Below, one piece after another: positions 8,961 through 17,222 of a stretch of DNA of 51,655 bases (within the stretch, counting starts at the first letter, position 1; each line of letters starts with the position of its first letter). The position numbers and the translations under genes are program-made. The DNA is from Minisyncoccota bacterium. Lineage in GTDB: Bacteria > Patescibacteriota > Minisyncoccia > Phycocordibacterales > CAIZLB01. The notes under the pieces were generated by a model that was given only the letters and a program-made list of their open reading frames with translations, was not told the DNA's origin and made no database searches. The DNA lies in contig DASWWM010000027.1 in NCBI GenBank assembly GCA_036405975.1, forward strand, positions 1 to 51,655, given 5' to 3'.

Positions 8961-10232
8961 CTAGTACTCTCTCATTGAGAGCTGAGCGTCTGTCTTCTTT
9001 ACGATGTCGAGAACTACTGACACCACGATGAGAAGAGCTGTTCCTCCGATCGTCAGGAACTGGATGCCAGTGATTGCCTGAACGATGGGCGGAAGAACTG
9101 CGATGATGCCAAGGAAGAGGGCTCCTACGAGCGTGATCCGAGAGACCACCTTGCCGATGTATTCGGCCGTATGCTCTCCTGGCCGAACTCCCGGAATGAA
9201 TGCTCCGCCCTTCTGGAGGTTGTCAGAGATATTCTTCGGATCGAACGTAGTCGCTGTGTAGAAGTACGTGAAGAAGAATACAAGAAGGAAGTAGAATCCG
9301 GCGTAAACCCACTGATTCTGAAGAAGAGACGTCACCTGGGCACCTATGCTGTTAACTGTAGGATTCTGGAGATATGTAAGGAAATTGAAGACCATCTGGG
9401 GGAGCACAAGGAGCGAGAGTGCGAAGATGATCGGAATAACTCCTGCCTGGTTCAGTCGAAGAGGGATGTATGTAGACGAACCTCCGTAGGTCTTTGTTCC
9501 ACGCACCTGCTTCGCATATGTAACAGGAACCGGCCGTTCAGCTTCAGTAATAAAGACTACCGCAAGGATCGTGAAGATACCGAGTACCAGCATGCCGAGG
9601 TACATCGGGATCTGCTCAACCTGGAATGCGAAGATCGCCTGGGAAATAACCTGAGGGAGAGATGCCACGATACCAGCAAAGATGATATTTGAAAGTCCGT
9701 TTCCGATGCCGAACTCAGACATGATTTCTCCAAGCCACATGAGGAATGTAGAACCCGCAACGATGACTATTACGTTCGTAAGAAGAGCGAATGAATCAAG
9801 CGGAGCCACAGCACCCTGTCGCTGAAGGATAACGATGAAGGCGAATGCCTGCATGAATGCGAGCGGAATAGAGAGAAGTCGCGAGTACTGCGAAAACTTC
9901 TTTCGTCCAATGGCACCCTCTTCAGTATTGAGGGACTTGAGCCTCGGAGACATGATAGTCAGAAGCTGCATGATGATGGAAGCCGTGATATACGGCCCTA
10001 CACCGAGCATCATGATAGAGAGCGTTGTCAGCCCTCCTCCTGAGAATGCGCTAAGGAGTCCGAAGAACTGGTTATTGCTGAGGAACTGGTCCAAAGCTGC
10101 CTGGTTGACGCCAGGGATCGGAACCACTGACATGAATCGGAATACTGCTAATGCACCTAGCACAAAAAGAACCTGCTTTCGAAGGCTCGGATCTGTGAAG
10201 ACGTTCTTGATTTTCTGGATGAAGTTTGTCAT
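8961..10232 (-). CDS. secY: preprotein translocase subunit SecY
   Basis: Multi-TM protein downstream of rplO. Start set at MTNFIQKIKNVF (ATG at 10232) so that it does not overlap rplO. Confidence 0.93.
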   Translation of the reverse strand: MTNFIQKIKNVFTDPSLRKQVLFVLGALAVFRFMSVVPIPGVNQAALDQFLSNNQFFGLLSAFSGGGLTTLSIMMLGVGPYITASIIMQLLTIMSPRLKSLNTEEGAIGRKKFSQYSRLLSIPLAFMQAFAFIVILQRQGAVAPLDSFALLTNVIVIVAGSTFLMWLGEIMSEFGIGNGLSNIIFAGIVASLPQVISQAIFAFQVEQIPMYLGMLVLGIFTILAVVFITEAERPVPVTYAKQVRGTKTYGGSSTYIPLRLNQAGVIPIIFALSLLVLPQMVFNFLTYLQNPTVNSIGAQVTSLLQNQWVYAGFYFLLVFFFTYFYTATTFDPKNISDNLQKGGAFIPGVRPGEHTAEYIGKVVSRITLVGALFLGIIAVLPPIVQAITGIQFLTIGGTALLIVVSVVLDIVKKTDAQLSMREY

Positions 10233-10255
10233 AGCGTTATAGCACCATGGTACCA

Positions 10256-10693
10256 TTACGCAACCATGCCGCCAACCTTTTCAATCTTCGCTTTTGCTGC
10301 TGCAGAAACAGAGCAGCTCTTGAATGTGAGGGCCACTGAAATGTCGCCCGCTGAGAGGATCTTGACCTCAGGATATCGTCCTCCGAATGTCTTGATGACA
10401 CCCTTGTCTACGAGAGTTTTTGGAGTGACAACCTCGCCTGCCTTGAATACAGAAAGCTTTGCAAGATTGACTGGAGTCATATCAGCCTGAATAGACTTGT
10501 TCGAGTTAACGCCTCGGCCTCGGAGCTTTGGAAGCCGCTTGATCATGTCTCGGATTTCAGGTCGGATCTTATGTCCGGCTCGTGCCTTCTGACCCTTAGT
10601 ACCTCGTCCAGCGGTCTTTCCTCTCTTACCACCTCGACCAACCTGTACCTTCTTCTTGTTTTCAGTTTTTTGCTTTAGGTTATGAATTTGCAT
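10256..10693 (-). CDS. rplO: 50S ribosomal protein L15
   Basis: GRGGKRGKTAGRGTKGQKAR motif. Operon position. Confidence 0.93.
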   Translation of the reverse strand: MQIHNLKQKTENKKKVQVGRGGKRGKTAGRGTKGQKARAGHKIRPEIRDMIKRLPKLRGRGVNSNKSIQADMTPVNLAKLSVFKAGEVVTPKTLVDKGVIKTFGGRYPEVKILSAGDISVALTFKSCSVSAAAKAKIEKVGGMVA

Positions 10694-10722
10694 GGTATTT
10701 GAATTACTCTTTCTAAGATAGA

Positions 10723-11358
10723 TTACTTGCTGCTTGCTCGTGCCTTCTTGAGCTGCTTGAGGGCCTCAACGGCAACTCGTGCATTGTTAAGCTTGTTCTT
10801 TGAACCAGATCGGAGCTTGGCATTGATATCCTTAAGTCCTGCAAGGTCGATAACGTCTCGTACTGAGCTACCAGCCACGATTCCCTTTCCTGGAGAAGGC
10901 ATGATATGCACCTGAGCGCTTGAAAACTTCGCGAATACTTCGTGAGGAATGCTTCCAGACTTAGTAGTTGAAACAACGAACATGTTCTTCTTTGCGTTTC
11001 GGAGAGCCTTTTCAACTGCGAGCGCAGTGTCGCCTCCCTTTCCAGTTCCTACTCCAACCTTGCCCTTTCGGTCACCGGCAACAAGCGATACAGCAAAGCT
11101 GAATCGTCGTCCTCCTGATGAAACTCGAGTCACTCGTCGAATGTCGAGGATTTTCTGATCGAACTCAGGCTTAGCCCGTGGCTCTCGCCGTGGACCTCCT
11201 CGTCGGTCTCCTCCTGCTGAAGGGCCTCGCGGACCTCCTCGTGACGGACCTCGTCCGATTCCTCCTGGTCGTGGACCTCGTGGAGCGAATCCTCGTGAGT
11301 CACCTGCAGGTGCTGCAGGTCGTACGGGCTGGTTTGTGTTCTGAGTAGTTTCTGTCAT
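10723..11358 (-). CDS. rpsE: 30S ribosomal protein S5 with a ~65-aa Arg/Gly/Pro-rich N-terminal extension
   Basis: RVTRVSSGGRRFSF and GKVGVGTGKG core motifs. Operon position. Confidence 0.93.
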   Translation of the reverse strand: MTETTQNTNQPVRPAAPAGDSRGFAPRGPRPGGIGRGPSRGGPRGPSAGGDRRGGPRREPRAKPEFDQKILDIRRVTRVSSGGRRFSFAVSLVAGDRKGKVGVGTGKGGDTALAVEKALRNAKKNMFVVSTTKSGSIPHEVFAKFSSAQVHIMPSPGKGIVAGSSVRDVIDLAGLKDINAKLRSGSKNKLNNARVAVEALKQLKKARASSK

Positions 11359-11370
11359 ATAAATATATTA

Positions 11371-11715
11371 TTAAAATTCTAGTCCTCCTTCTCGAGCTCC
11401 GTCAGCAAGCGCTCGAACTCGTCCGGTAAAGATGAATCCGCCTCGATCGAATACGATCTTTGAGATGCCTTTCGACTTAGCAAGCTTTGCGAGCTCAGCA
11501 CCAACGGCCTTTGCAGCCTCGGTCTTATTGCCCTTTGCGTTCATAGATGAAGCAGCAGCAAGAGTTACCCCCTTAGAGTCGTCGATAACCTGCGCATAGA
11601 TGTATGCATTTGACTTATAGACTGAAAGTCGAGGTCGCTCAGCCGTGCCAGAAATCTTGGCTCGGATTCGCTTTCGTCGTCGGTCTCGTGTTGTTGATAT
11701 AATTGACTGCTTCAT
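11371..11715 (-). CDS. rplR: 50S ribosomal protein L18
   Basis: [18 protein letters not shown] and [26 protein letters not shown]. Confidence 0.93.
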   Translation of the reverse strand: MKQSIISTTRDRRRKRIRAKISGTAERPRLSVYKSNAYIYAQVIDDSKGVTLAAASSMNAKGNKTEAAKAVGAELAKLAKSKGISKIVFDRGGFIFTGRVRALADGAREGGLEF

Positions 11716-11735
11716 ATGAGTGCTTTAACTAATTA

Positions 11736-12269
11736 TTATGCTGCTTTCTTACCCTGCTTTCGCTTGATGACTTCGCCGTCATATCGGAATCCCTTACCCT
11801 TGTATGGTTCAGGCTTCTTGAGTGCTCGGATCTGAGCTGCAAGCTGAGTTACAGCTTCCTTGTCGATACCTGAGATGATCACCGCACCCTTTTCAGATGT
11901 GATAGTGATGCCGGCAGGAATCTCAACCTTTACTGGATGCGAGAATCCAAGTGCCATATTGAGCGAAGTTCCGACTACGTCAGCCTTGTAACCAATACCT
12001 TCGAGAATAAGCTTTACCGTGTATCCTTCAGTGACACCCTTGACCATGTTCTTCACGTGAGATGCGTATGTTCCCCAGAGTGCAGTAGTCGCGAGATCCT
12101 TCTTCTGTGGCTCAAATGAGATCTGGTTATTGTCGATCTTGATCGCAACAACAGTCTTGAAAGCTCGAGTGAGCTCTCCCTTTGGTCCTTTTACAGTCAA
12201 AACACCGTCGACGTACTTAACGTCTGTCTTTTCCGGTATTTCGATGATTTGCTTTCCTACTCGTGACAT
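11736..12269 (-). CDS. rplF: 50S ribosomal protein L6
   Basis: MSRVGKQIIEIP...LTVKGPKGEL. Operon position. Confidence 0.93.
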   Translation of the reverse strand: MSRVGKQIIEIPEKTDVKYVDGVLTVKGPKGELTRAFKTVVAIKIDNNQISFEPQKKDLATTALWGTYASHVKNMVKGVTEGYTVKLILEGIGYKADVVGTSLNMALGFSHPVKVEIPAGITITSEKGAVIISGIDKEAVTQLAAQIRALKKPEPYKGKGFRYDGEVIKRKQGKKAA

Positions 12270-12288
12270 GGTTGTGATATTAGATTAA

Positions 12289-12678
12289 TTACCAAATTTT
12301 GAACAAAACCTCTCCGCCGACTTTCTCCTTTCGAGCTTCCTTGTCGACCATGATGCCTTTCGGCGTCGTGAGAATGAGAGATCCGTATCCGCTTCGAACA
12401 GGTCGAACTTCAGATGACTTCGTATACATTCGTCGAGAGTACTTTGAGATCTGCTGCACGCCCTGGATCTTAGGCTGCTTGTCCTCGTATGCGAGCTCAA
12501 CTTCTACTGCCTTGATGACCTTCTTGCCTTTCTTTGAAAAACCGAGGATGTATCCCTCTCGCTTAAGAACTTCGAGAACTGATTCTCGGAACTTAGAGTA
12601 CGGAAGGGTTACAGAGGCTTTGCCAGCCTTGTTTGAAACCTTGAGGTTATTGATGAGTTCTGCGATTACGTCTACCAT
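12289..12678 (-). CDS. rpsH: 30S ribosomal protein S8
   Basis: Operon position. C-terminal GGEVLFKIW. Confidence 0.92.
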   Translation of the reverse strand: MVDVIAELINNLKVSNKAGKASVTLPYSKFRESVLEVLKREGYILGFSKKGKKVIKAVEVELAYEDKQPKIQGVQQISKYSRRMYTKSSEVRPVRSGYGSLILTTPKGIMVDKEARKEKVGGEVLFKIW

Positions 12679-12857
12679 GATGCTTTTTTAATACCAGGAA
12701 TAAGTCCTTCGTTTGCTAATTCTCGGAAACAGATTCGGCACATGTCGAACTCCCTCATGTATCCTCGTCCTCTACCGCACCGGAAGCATCGTCGAACTAC
12801 TCGACTTTTGAACTTCGGTTTCTTGAGGGATCGTGCGACTGTTGATGTTTTTGCCAT
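12672..12857 (-). CDS. rpsN: 30S ribosomal protein S14, Zn-ribbon (type Z) form
   Basis: 61 aa with CxxC...CxxC ([20 protein letters not shown]). Confidence 0.92.
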   Translation of the reverse strand: MAKTSTVARSLKKPKFKSRVVRRCFRCGRGRGYMREFDMCRICFRELANEGLIPGIKKASW

Positions 12858-12884
12858 ATTTCGTGTTCGTTGATGCTAACAATT

Positions 12885-13439
12885 CTACCGTGCTGTGTCA
12901 ATCTTTTTGAAGAGGAATCCAATCTGTTCGAGAAGTTCCTTTGTCTCCTCCTTCGACTTGGAAGTTGAAACGAGATTCACTGCGAATCCAAAGACATCCT
13001 TGAGCTCTTCATCGGCTGTTTCAGGGAAAACAGTGTGTTCCTTGATACCGAATGTATAGTTGCCCATGCTGTCGATAGACTTTGACTCAACACCTCGGAA
13101 GTCTCGAGTTCGCGGAAGAGCGATGTTGATGAGCTTCTCGAGGAAACTCCACATTCGCTCGCCTCGAAGCGTGACCTGCCATCCGGCATCGTCACCCTGT
13201 CGAACCTTGAAAGACGCCATAGACTTCTTTGCGACTGTCTTAGTCGCCTTCTGTCCAGCGATCTTCGTGAGTCGGTCGCCGATGAGTTCTTTCTTCTTTG
13301 GGTCCTTGATGGAGCCAGTCGTAGATGAGAGGGTGATCTTCTGAATTCGAGGAGCCTGGAGCTTGTTCGTGTATCCGAACTTCGGCTTCATCGTTTCGTA
13401 GAGACCCTGAGCTTTTTCTTTTACTGTTGCGTGTTTCAT
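12885..13439 (-). CDS. rplE: 50S ribosomal protein L5
   Basis: Operon position. LPRTRDFRG and NYTFGIKEHTVFPE motifs. Confidence 0.93.
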   Translation of the reverse strand: MKHATVKEKAQGLYETMKPKFGYTNKLQAPRIQKITLSSTTGSIKDPKKKELIGDRLTKIAGQKATKTVAKKSMASFKVRQGDDAGWQVTLRGERMWSFLEKLINIALPRTRDFRGVESKSIDSMGNYTFGIKEHTVFPETADEELKDVFGFAVNLVSTSKSKEETKELLEQIGFLFKKIDTAR

Positions 13440-13460
13440 AATGTTTATTTAAAGGAAATA

Positions 13461-13760
13461 TTAGATAGTCTTTCCAGTTTTCTTGCTTACTCGAACCTTC
13501 TTGTCTCCTACGACCTTTGAACCCACTCGGACCGCCTTGCCTCCTTCGACAAGCATGACGTTAGAAACGTGCATAGGGACTGAGAACTCTACAGTTACTC
13601 CCTTTCCACCCTGCTGTCGTGACTTCTGGTGCTTCTTTCGGATATTGAGTCCTTCTACGATGACCTTTGAATCAGCGGGAATAGCTCGGAGGACCTTTCC
13701 AGTCTTTCCCTTCTCCTTGCCCGCAGTCACTATTACGTTGTCGCCTTTTTTGATTTTCAT
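13461..13760 (-). CDS. rplX: 50S ribosomal protein L24
   Basis: MKIKKGDNVIVTAGKEKGKTGKV (KOW motif). Confidence 0.93.
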   Translation of the reverse strand: MKIKKGDNVIVTAGKEKGKTGKVLRAIPADSKVIVEGLNIRKKHQKSRQQGGKGVTVEFSVPMHVSNVMLVEGGKAVRVGSKVVGDKKVRVSKKTGKTI

Positions 13761-13784
13761 ACGTGTATTTTAAATAATTGGAGA

Positions 13785-14165
13785 TTAAACGATTTCTGGC
13801 GCTAGTGATGCGATCTTCTGGTATCCTCGCTCCTGAAGCTCTCGTGGAATCGGACCGAACACTCGACCTGCCAAAGGCTCAGTCTTGTCTTTTCCACCTT
13901 TGTTGAGGATGACTACCGCATTCTCGTCGAATCGAACGTATGAGCCGTCCTTTCGTCGGAATGCCTTTCGCTGTCGAACAACGACGCCCTGGAGAACATC
14001 CTTCTTCTTTACGCTCTTTCGAGGCTGTGCTTTCTGAACAGAGAGAACGACGATGTCGCCAAGCTCAGCGTATCGCTTCTTTGAGCTGCCGAGAACCTTG
14101 AAGATTCGGCCGATAGTGGCTCCTGAGTTATCTGCTATTCGTACTATTGATCGTGGTTGAATCAT
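13785..14165 (-). CDS. rplN: 50S ribosomal protein L14
   Basis: MIQPRSIVRIADNSGA. Confidence 0.94.
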   Translation of the reverse strand: MIQPRSIVRIADNSGATIGRIFKVLGSSKKRYAELGDIVVLSVQKAQPRKSVKKKDVLQGVVVRQRKAFRRKDGSYVRFDENAVVILNKGGKDKTEPLAGRVFGPIPRELQERGYQKIASLAPEIV

Positions 14166-14185
14166 GGTAGTGGTATTATCTTCGC

Positions 14186-14434
14186 TTACGCGACAACTTT
14201 AAACTTCTTATCCTTAGAGATCGGAGCGCATTCTTCGATAGAGACCTTCTCGCCGACCTTTTTCGTATTTCCAGGGTTGTGAGCCTTGTACTTCTTAGAC
14301 TTCACTACGTACTTTTCGTACTTAGGAAGCTTTACGTATCGCTCTACCTTTACAGTAACCGTATCCTTCATCTTGTCAGATACGACGACTCCTGTGAGCG
14401 TTCGCTTTGTTGAAATTGTTGTTGAAGTTGCCAT
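14186..14434 (-). CDS. rpsQ: 30S ribosomal protein S17
   Basis: LTGVVVSDKMKDTVTVKVER. Confidence 0.93.
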   Translation of the reverse strand: MATSTTISTKRTLTGVVVSDKMKDTVTVKVERYVKLPKYEKYVVKSKKYKAHNPGNTKKVGEKVSIEECAPISKDKKFKVVA

Positions 14435-14453
14435 GTTGTTTTATTAAATAAGC

Positions 14454-14642
14454 TTACGCCTGTGTCTGGTTAAGCGAAGTCATGATTCGCGCGATGTCCT
14501 TTCGGATAGTTCGACCTTCTTTCACGTTCTTCGTCTTTGATCGAGAATTACCGAGTCGGAAGCTCTGCAAAGCATCCTTCTTTTCTGTAAGAAGCTTTCG
14601 AAGATCTTTTGGGTTTTTTGCTTTGAGGTCTGACATTTTCAT
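14454..14642 (-). CDS. rpmC: 50S ribosomal protein L29
   Basis: 62 aa. Operon position between L16 and S17. Confidence 0.9.
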   Translation of the reverse strand: MKMSDLKAKNPKDLRKLLTEKKDALQSFRLGNSRSKTKNVKEGRTIRKDIARIMTSLNQTQA

Positions 14643-14663
14643 ACTCGTTCAATTAATATTATT

Positions 14664-15086
14664 TTAATGCGTTCGTGCTACCACCTTAGTCTTGATAGGA
14701 AGCTTGGCTCCAGCCTTTCGAAGGGCTTCTCGCGCTTCAGTCTCGCCGATACCGTCGACTTCGAATACCACTCGTCCAGGAAGAACGTCGACGCAGAATC
14801 CCTGCGGCTCGCCCTTACCCTTACCCATCGGTACTTCTGCAGCCTTCTGAGTGTACGGTCGGTCAGGGAATACCCGAGTCCAGATTCGGCCAGTCTTTCC
14901 AACGAACTTGGCAATAACCTTTCGAGCAGACTCGATCTGGTTAGACGTAAGCTGGTTGTACGTAGTAGCCTTGAGGCCGAAAGATCCGAAGCTGAGATCA
15001 GTACCTCGAGACTCCACTCCGATGAACTTTGGGTTCTGTCGGTTCTTCTGCCACTTCCTGAATTTTACTTTCTTTGGGTATAACAT
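14664..15086 (-). CDS. rplP: 50S ribosomal protein L16
   Basis: MLYPKKVKFRKWQK. Confidence 0.94.
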   Translation of the reverse strand: MLYPKKVKFRKWQKNRQNPKFIGVESRGTDLSFGSFGLKATTYNQLTSNQIESARKVIAKFVGKTGRIWTRVFPDRPYTQKAAEVPMGKGKGEPQGFCVDVLPGRVVFEVDGIGETEAREALRKAGAKLPIKTKVVARTH

Positions 15087-15109
15087 GTTGGTAGTATTAA
15101 ACGCTTATC

Positions 15110-15766
15110 TTATTTCTTGAAGACGTCGCCTAGGTAGATCCAGACTTTGATTCCGATGTTTCCGTATGGAAGAACAGCCTCGTATCGCTTGAAATCGATA
15201 TCAGCTCGGAATGTCTGCAGAGGAATTCGACCTCTCTTGAGATCCTCTTGTCGTGCCATTTCAGCTCCGCCGAGTCGTCCCGAAAGGAAGATTCGAACTC
15301 CCTTGACGTCTCGAGTTGACATGACTTTGTCAATCATCTGCTTCATGACTCGTCGGAACGGCATTCGCTTTTCAAGTCCTTCAGCAATCATCTGAGCGAC
15401 GATAGCGGCGCTTGCTTCAGGAGACTTAACCTCTTCAACTTCAAGCTTGATTTCAGCCTTAGTCTCAGCCTTGATCTTTTTCATGAATGCAAGAACTTCA
15501 GATCGAAGCTTAGTGATTCCCTCTCCGCTTCGTCCGATGATGATGCCGGGTCGAGAAGTCTTGATGATGACTCGGAAGCTCTTTTCGCCTCGCTCAATCT
15601 CTACTCCAGCAACGTACATGCCCCGAAGCTTTTTGTCGAGCCATTCTCGAAGGAGAATATCGCACTTGAGGTTCTGTCGGTACGCAGCATTAGTAGCAAA
15701 CCATCGAGACTTCCAGTCCTTGATGATTCCGAGCCTATGTGCAAATGGATGTACTGTATGAGTCAT
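15110..15766 (-). CDS. rpsC: 30S ribosomal protein S3
   Basis: HPFAHRLGIIKDWKSRWF and a KH domain (GIIIGRSGEGI). Confidence 0.94.
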   Translation of the reverse strand: MTHTVHPFAHRLGIIKDWKSRWFATNAAYRQNLKCDILLREWLDKKLRGMYVAGVEIERGEKSFRVIIKTSRPGIIIGRSGEGITKLRSEVLAFMKKIKAETKAEIKLEVEEVKSPEASAAIVAQMIAEGLEKRMPFRRVMKQMIDKVMSTRDVKGVRIFLSGRLGGAEMARQEDLKRGRIPLQTFRADIDFKRYEAVLPYGNIGIKVWIYLGDVFKK

Positions 15767-15786
15767 GATATTTGATGATTATTAAA

Positions 15787-16212
15787 TTATTCGGCTTTGG
15801 CCTTAGTAGCTCGTTTCTTAGGAGCGGCCTTTGCTGGCTTTGCCTCAGCAGGAGCTGCGACAACTGCCCTCTTGCCCTTCTTTGCAATAGCCTCACCAAG
15901 CACGACCATGACATGGCTTGATCGCTTGTTGATTCGAGAAGCTGATCCTCGAGCTCGAGGCATCATTCGCTTGAGAACGATTCCTTTGTCCACTCGGATT
16001 TCCTTCACGATCAAAGATCCCACATCTGAGACACCCTGAGCTTCTGCATTTGCAGCAGCGCTTCGGATGAGAGTAGCGACAGGAGAAGATGCTCGCTTTA
16101 CAGTAAAGGCAAGCTGTGTGAGTGCGTTCTGAACCGTCTTACCACGTACCAAGCCTGCAGCGAGTGCAACTTTTCGTGGAGATTGTCGATAGTTTCGTAG
16201 GATAGCTTTCAT
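15787..16212 (-). CDS. rplV: 50S ribosomal protein L22 with a Lys/Ala-rich C-terminal tail
   Basis: YRQSPRKVALAAGLVRG. Confidence 0.93.
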   Translation of the reverse strand: MKAILRNYRQSPRKVALAAGLVRGKTVQNALTQLAFTVKRASSPVATLIRSAAANAEAQGVSDVGSLIVKEIRVDKGIVLKRMMPRARGSASRINKRSSHVMVVLGEAIAKKGKRAVVAAPAEAKPAKAAPKKRATKAKAE

Positions 16213-16228
16213 GGTAAGACGTTATGAA

Positions 16229-16573
16229 TTATTTCTTTTTAGTATCTGTAGTGGCTTTTGCAGCTTTAGCGGCAGAGATCTCAGCCTGCTTCTTGGCTGC
16301 ATCGATCTCCTTCTGCATCTTACCTCCGTGTCGGTTGAACTTTCGAGTCGGTGAGAATTCTCCGAGTCGGTGTCCCACCATATCTTCAGTGACAAGTACT
16401 TCGATATGAGACTTACCGTTATATACGCCGAATGTAAAGCCGATCATTTCCGGAGAAATCTGGCTTCGTCGATACCACGTATTAATAACCCCTGTTTCTC
16501 GAGGGTTTTTTCCTTCAATCTTCTTCAGAAGTCGTTCTTCGATATATGGACCTTTTTTAAGTGATCTTGTCAT
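16229..16573 (-). CDS. rpsS: 30S ribosomal protein S19 with a Lys/Ala-rich C-terminal tail
   Basis: [12 protein letters not shown]...[11 protein letters not shown]. Confidence 0.94.
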   Translation of the reverse strand: MTRSLKKGPYIEERLLKKIEGKNPRETGVINTWYRRSQISPEMIGFTFGVYNGKSHIEVLVTEDMVGHRLGEFSPTRKFNRHGGKMQKEIDAAKKQAEISAAKAAKATTDTKKK

Positions 16574-16664
16574 TGTTTTGATACGCGGAAGCAGGAGATT
16601 GACCGTTGGTCGTGCCGTCTAACTTCGTGCGAAAAATAATAGCCCTAACAGAGCTTGTGTATGC

Positions 16665-16692
16665 ATATTAGCAGAAATAACAAGGGTGTCAA
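16665..16692 (-). promoter_or_regulatory. sigma70-type promoter (TTGACA-16-TAATAT) driving rpsS and downstream genes
   Basis: Minus strand reads catTTGACAcccttgttatttctgcTAATATgc, about 90 nt upstream of the rpsS ATG. Confidence 0.6.
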
Positions 16693-16764
16693 ATGCTTTT
16701 GCTAGGCCATAAGAGCCTCGCCTGCCCCGAGAGGAATATGCACTACTCGACAGGGTCAAAATCA

Positions 16765-16792
16765 TTGACAGCATCATGAACAATTGTACTAT
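16765..16792 (+). promoter_or_regulatory. sigma70-type promoter (TTGACA-16-TACTAT) driving the 56-aa ORF
   Basis: atcaTTGACAgcatcatgaacaattgTACTATtt. It is divergent from the rpsS promoter. Confidence 0.55.
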
Positions 16793-16878
16793 TTAGTCAG
16801 CATATCGCTGGAATTTGCCCAGAAAGGCTCCTTGGCAGGAGTCGTTCTTTAGTAAAACAAACAAAGGAGCTTAAAATC

Positions 16879-17049
16879 ATGAAATACATATGTCTGGCAC
16901 TCATTTCCTCCATTCTGGCAGGAGGAATGGCAGCCTCAGTTAGAAAACCGCTTAGCGTCGCGCCGCCAGAACCAGAGCACGACAGCCTTGCACCGAGACT
17001 CAGCTACAGACAGGCGTTTCAAGACCTGGTCTGGAAAATCTCCCGCTGA
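16879..17049 (+). CDS. small ORF, 56 aa, hydrophobic N-terminus (MKYICLALISSILAGGMAAS) then a Pro/charged tail; opposite strand to the ribosomal operon
   Basis: Own translation. AAAGGAG lies 8 nt upstream of the ATG. Has its own promoter upstream and T-run hairpins downstream. Below the ORF-track size cutoff. Confidence 0.5.
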   Translation: MKYICLALISSILAGGMAASVRKPLSVAPPEPEHDSLAPRLSYRQAFQDLVWKISR

Positions 17050-17081
17050 TCCGCGCCATTTTATGCTGCTTCGAGCGCCTT

Positions 17082-17104
17082 GCCCTTACCGGCGGGCGTT
17101 TTTT
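17082..17104 (+). terminator. weak GC stem (gccc...gggc) plus T6 after the 56-aa ORF
   Basis: gcccttaccggcgggcgttttttc. Confidence 0.3.
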
Positions 17105-17184
17105 CTATTCGGAATATACTTTTTTTGATATACCGACTCATGCATTTCGTGCCAAGGCTCAGGTACACCCGTTCCAATGCAACA

Positions 17185-17212
17185 AAAAACACCCCATTTC
17201 TGGGGTGTTTTT
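17185..17212 (-). terminator. intrinsic terminator immediately after rplB (usable on both strands)
   Basis: aaaaacacccca tttc tggggtgttttt, 12-bp arms, 11 nt after the rplB stop. Confidence 0.8.
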
Positions 17213-17222
17213 AGCGTATTGC

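Noticed and set aside
16697-16713. Shared motif ttgctaggc(c)ataag between the two anomalous spacers (also at 8767..8782).
   Set aside because: It is a 12-13-nt match with an indel. Dozens of such matches are expected by chance in 51 kb, and the similarity does not extend into the flanks.
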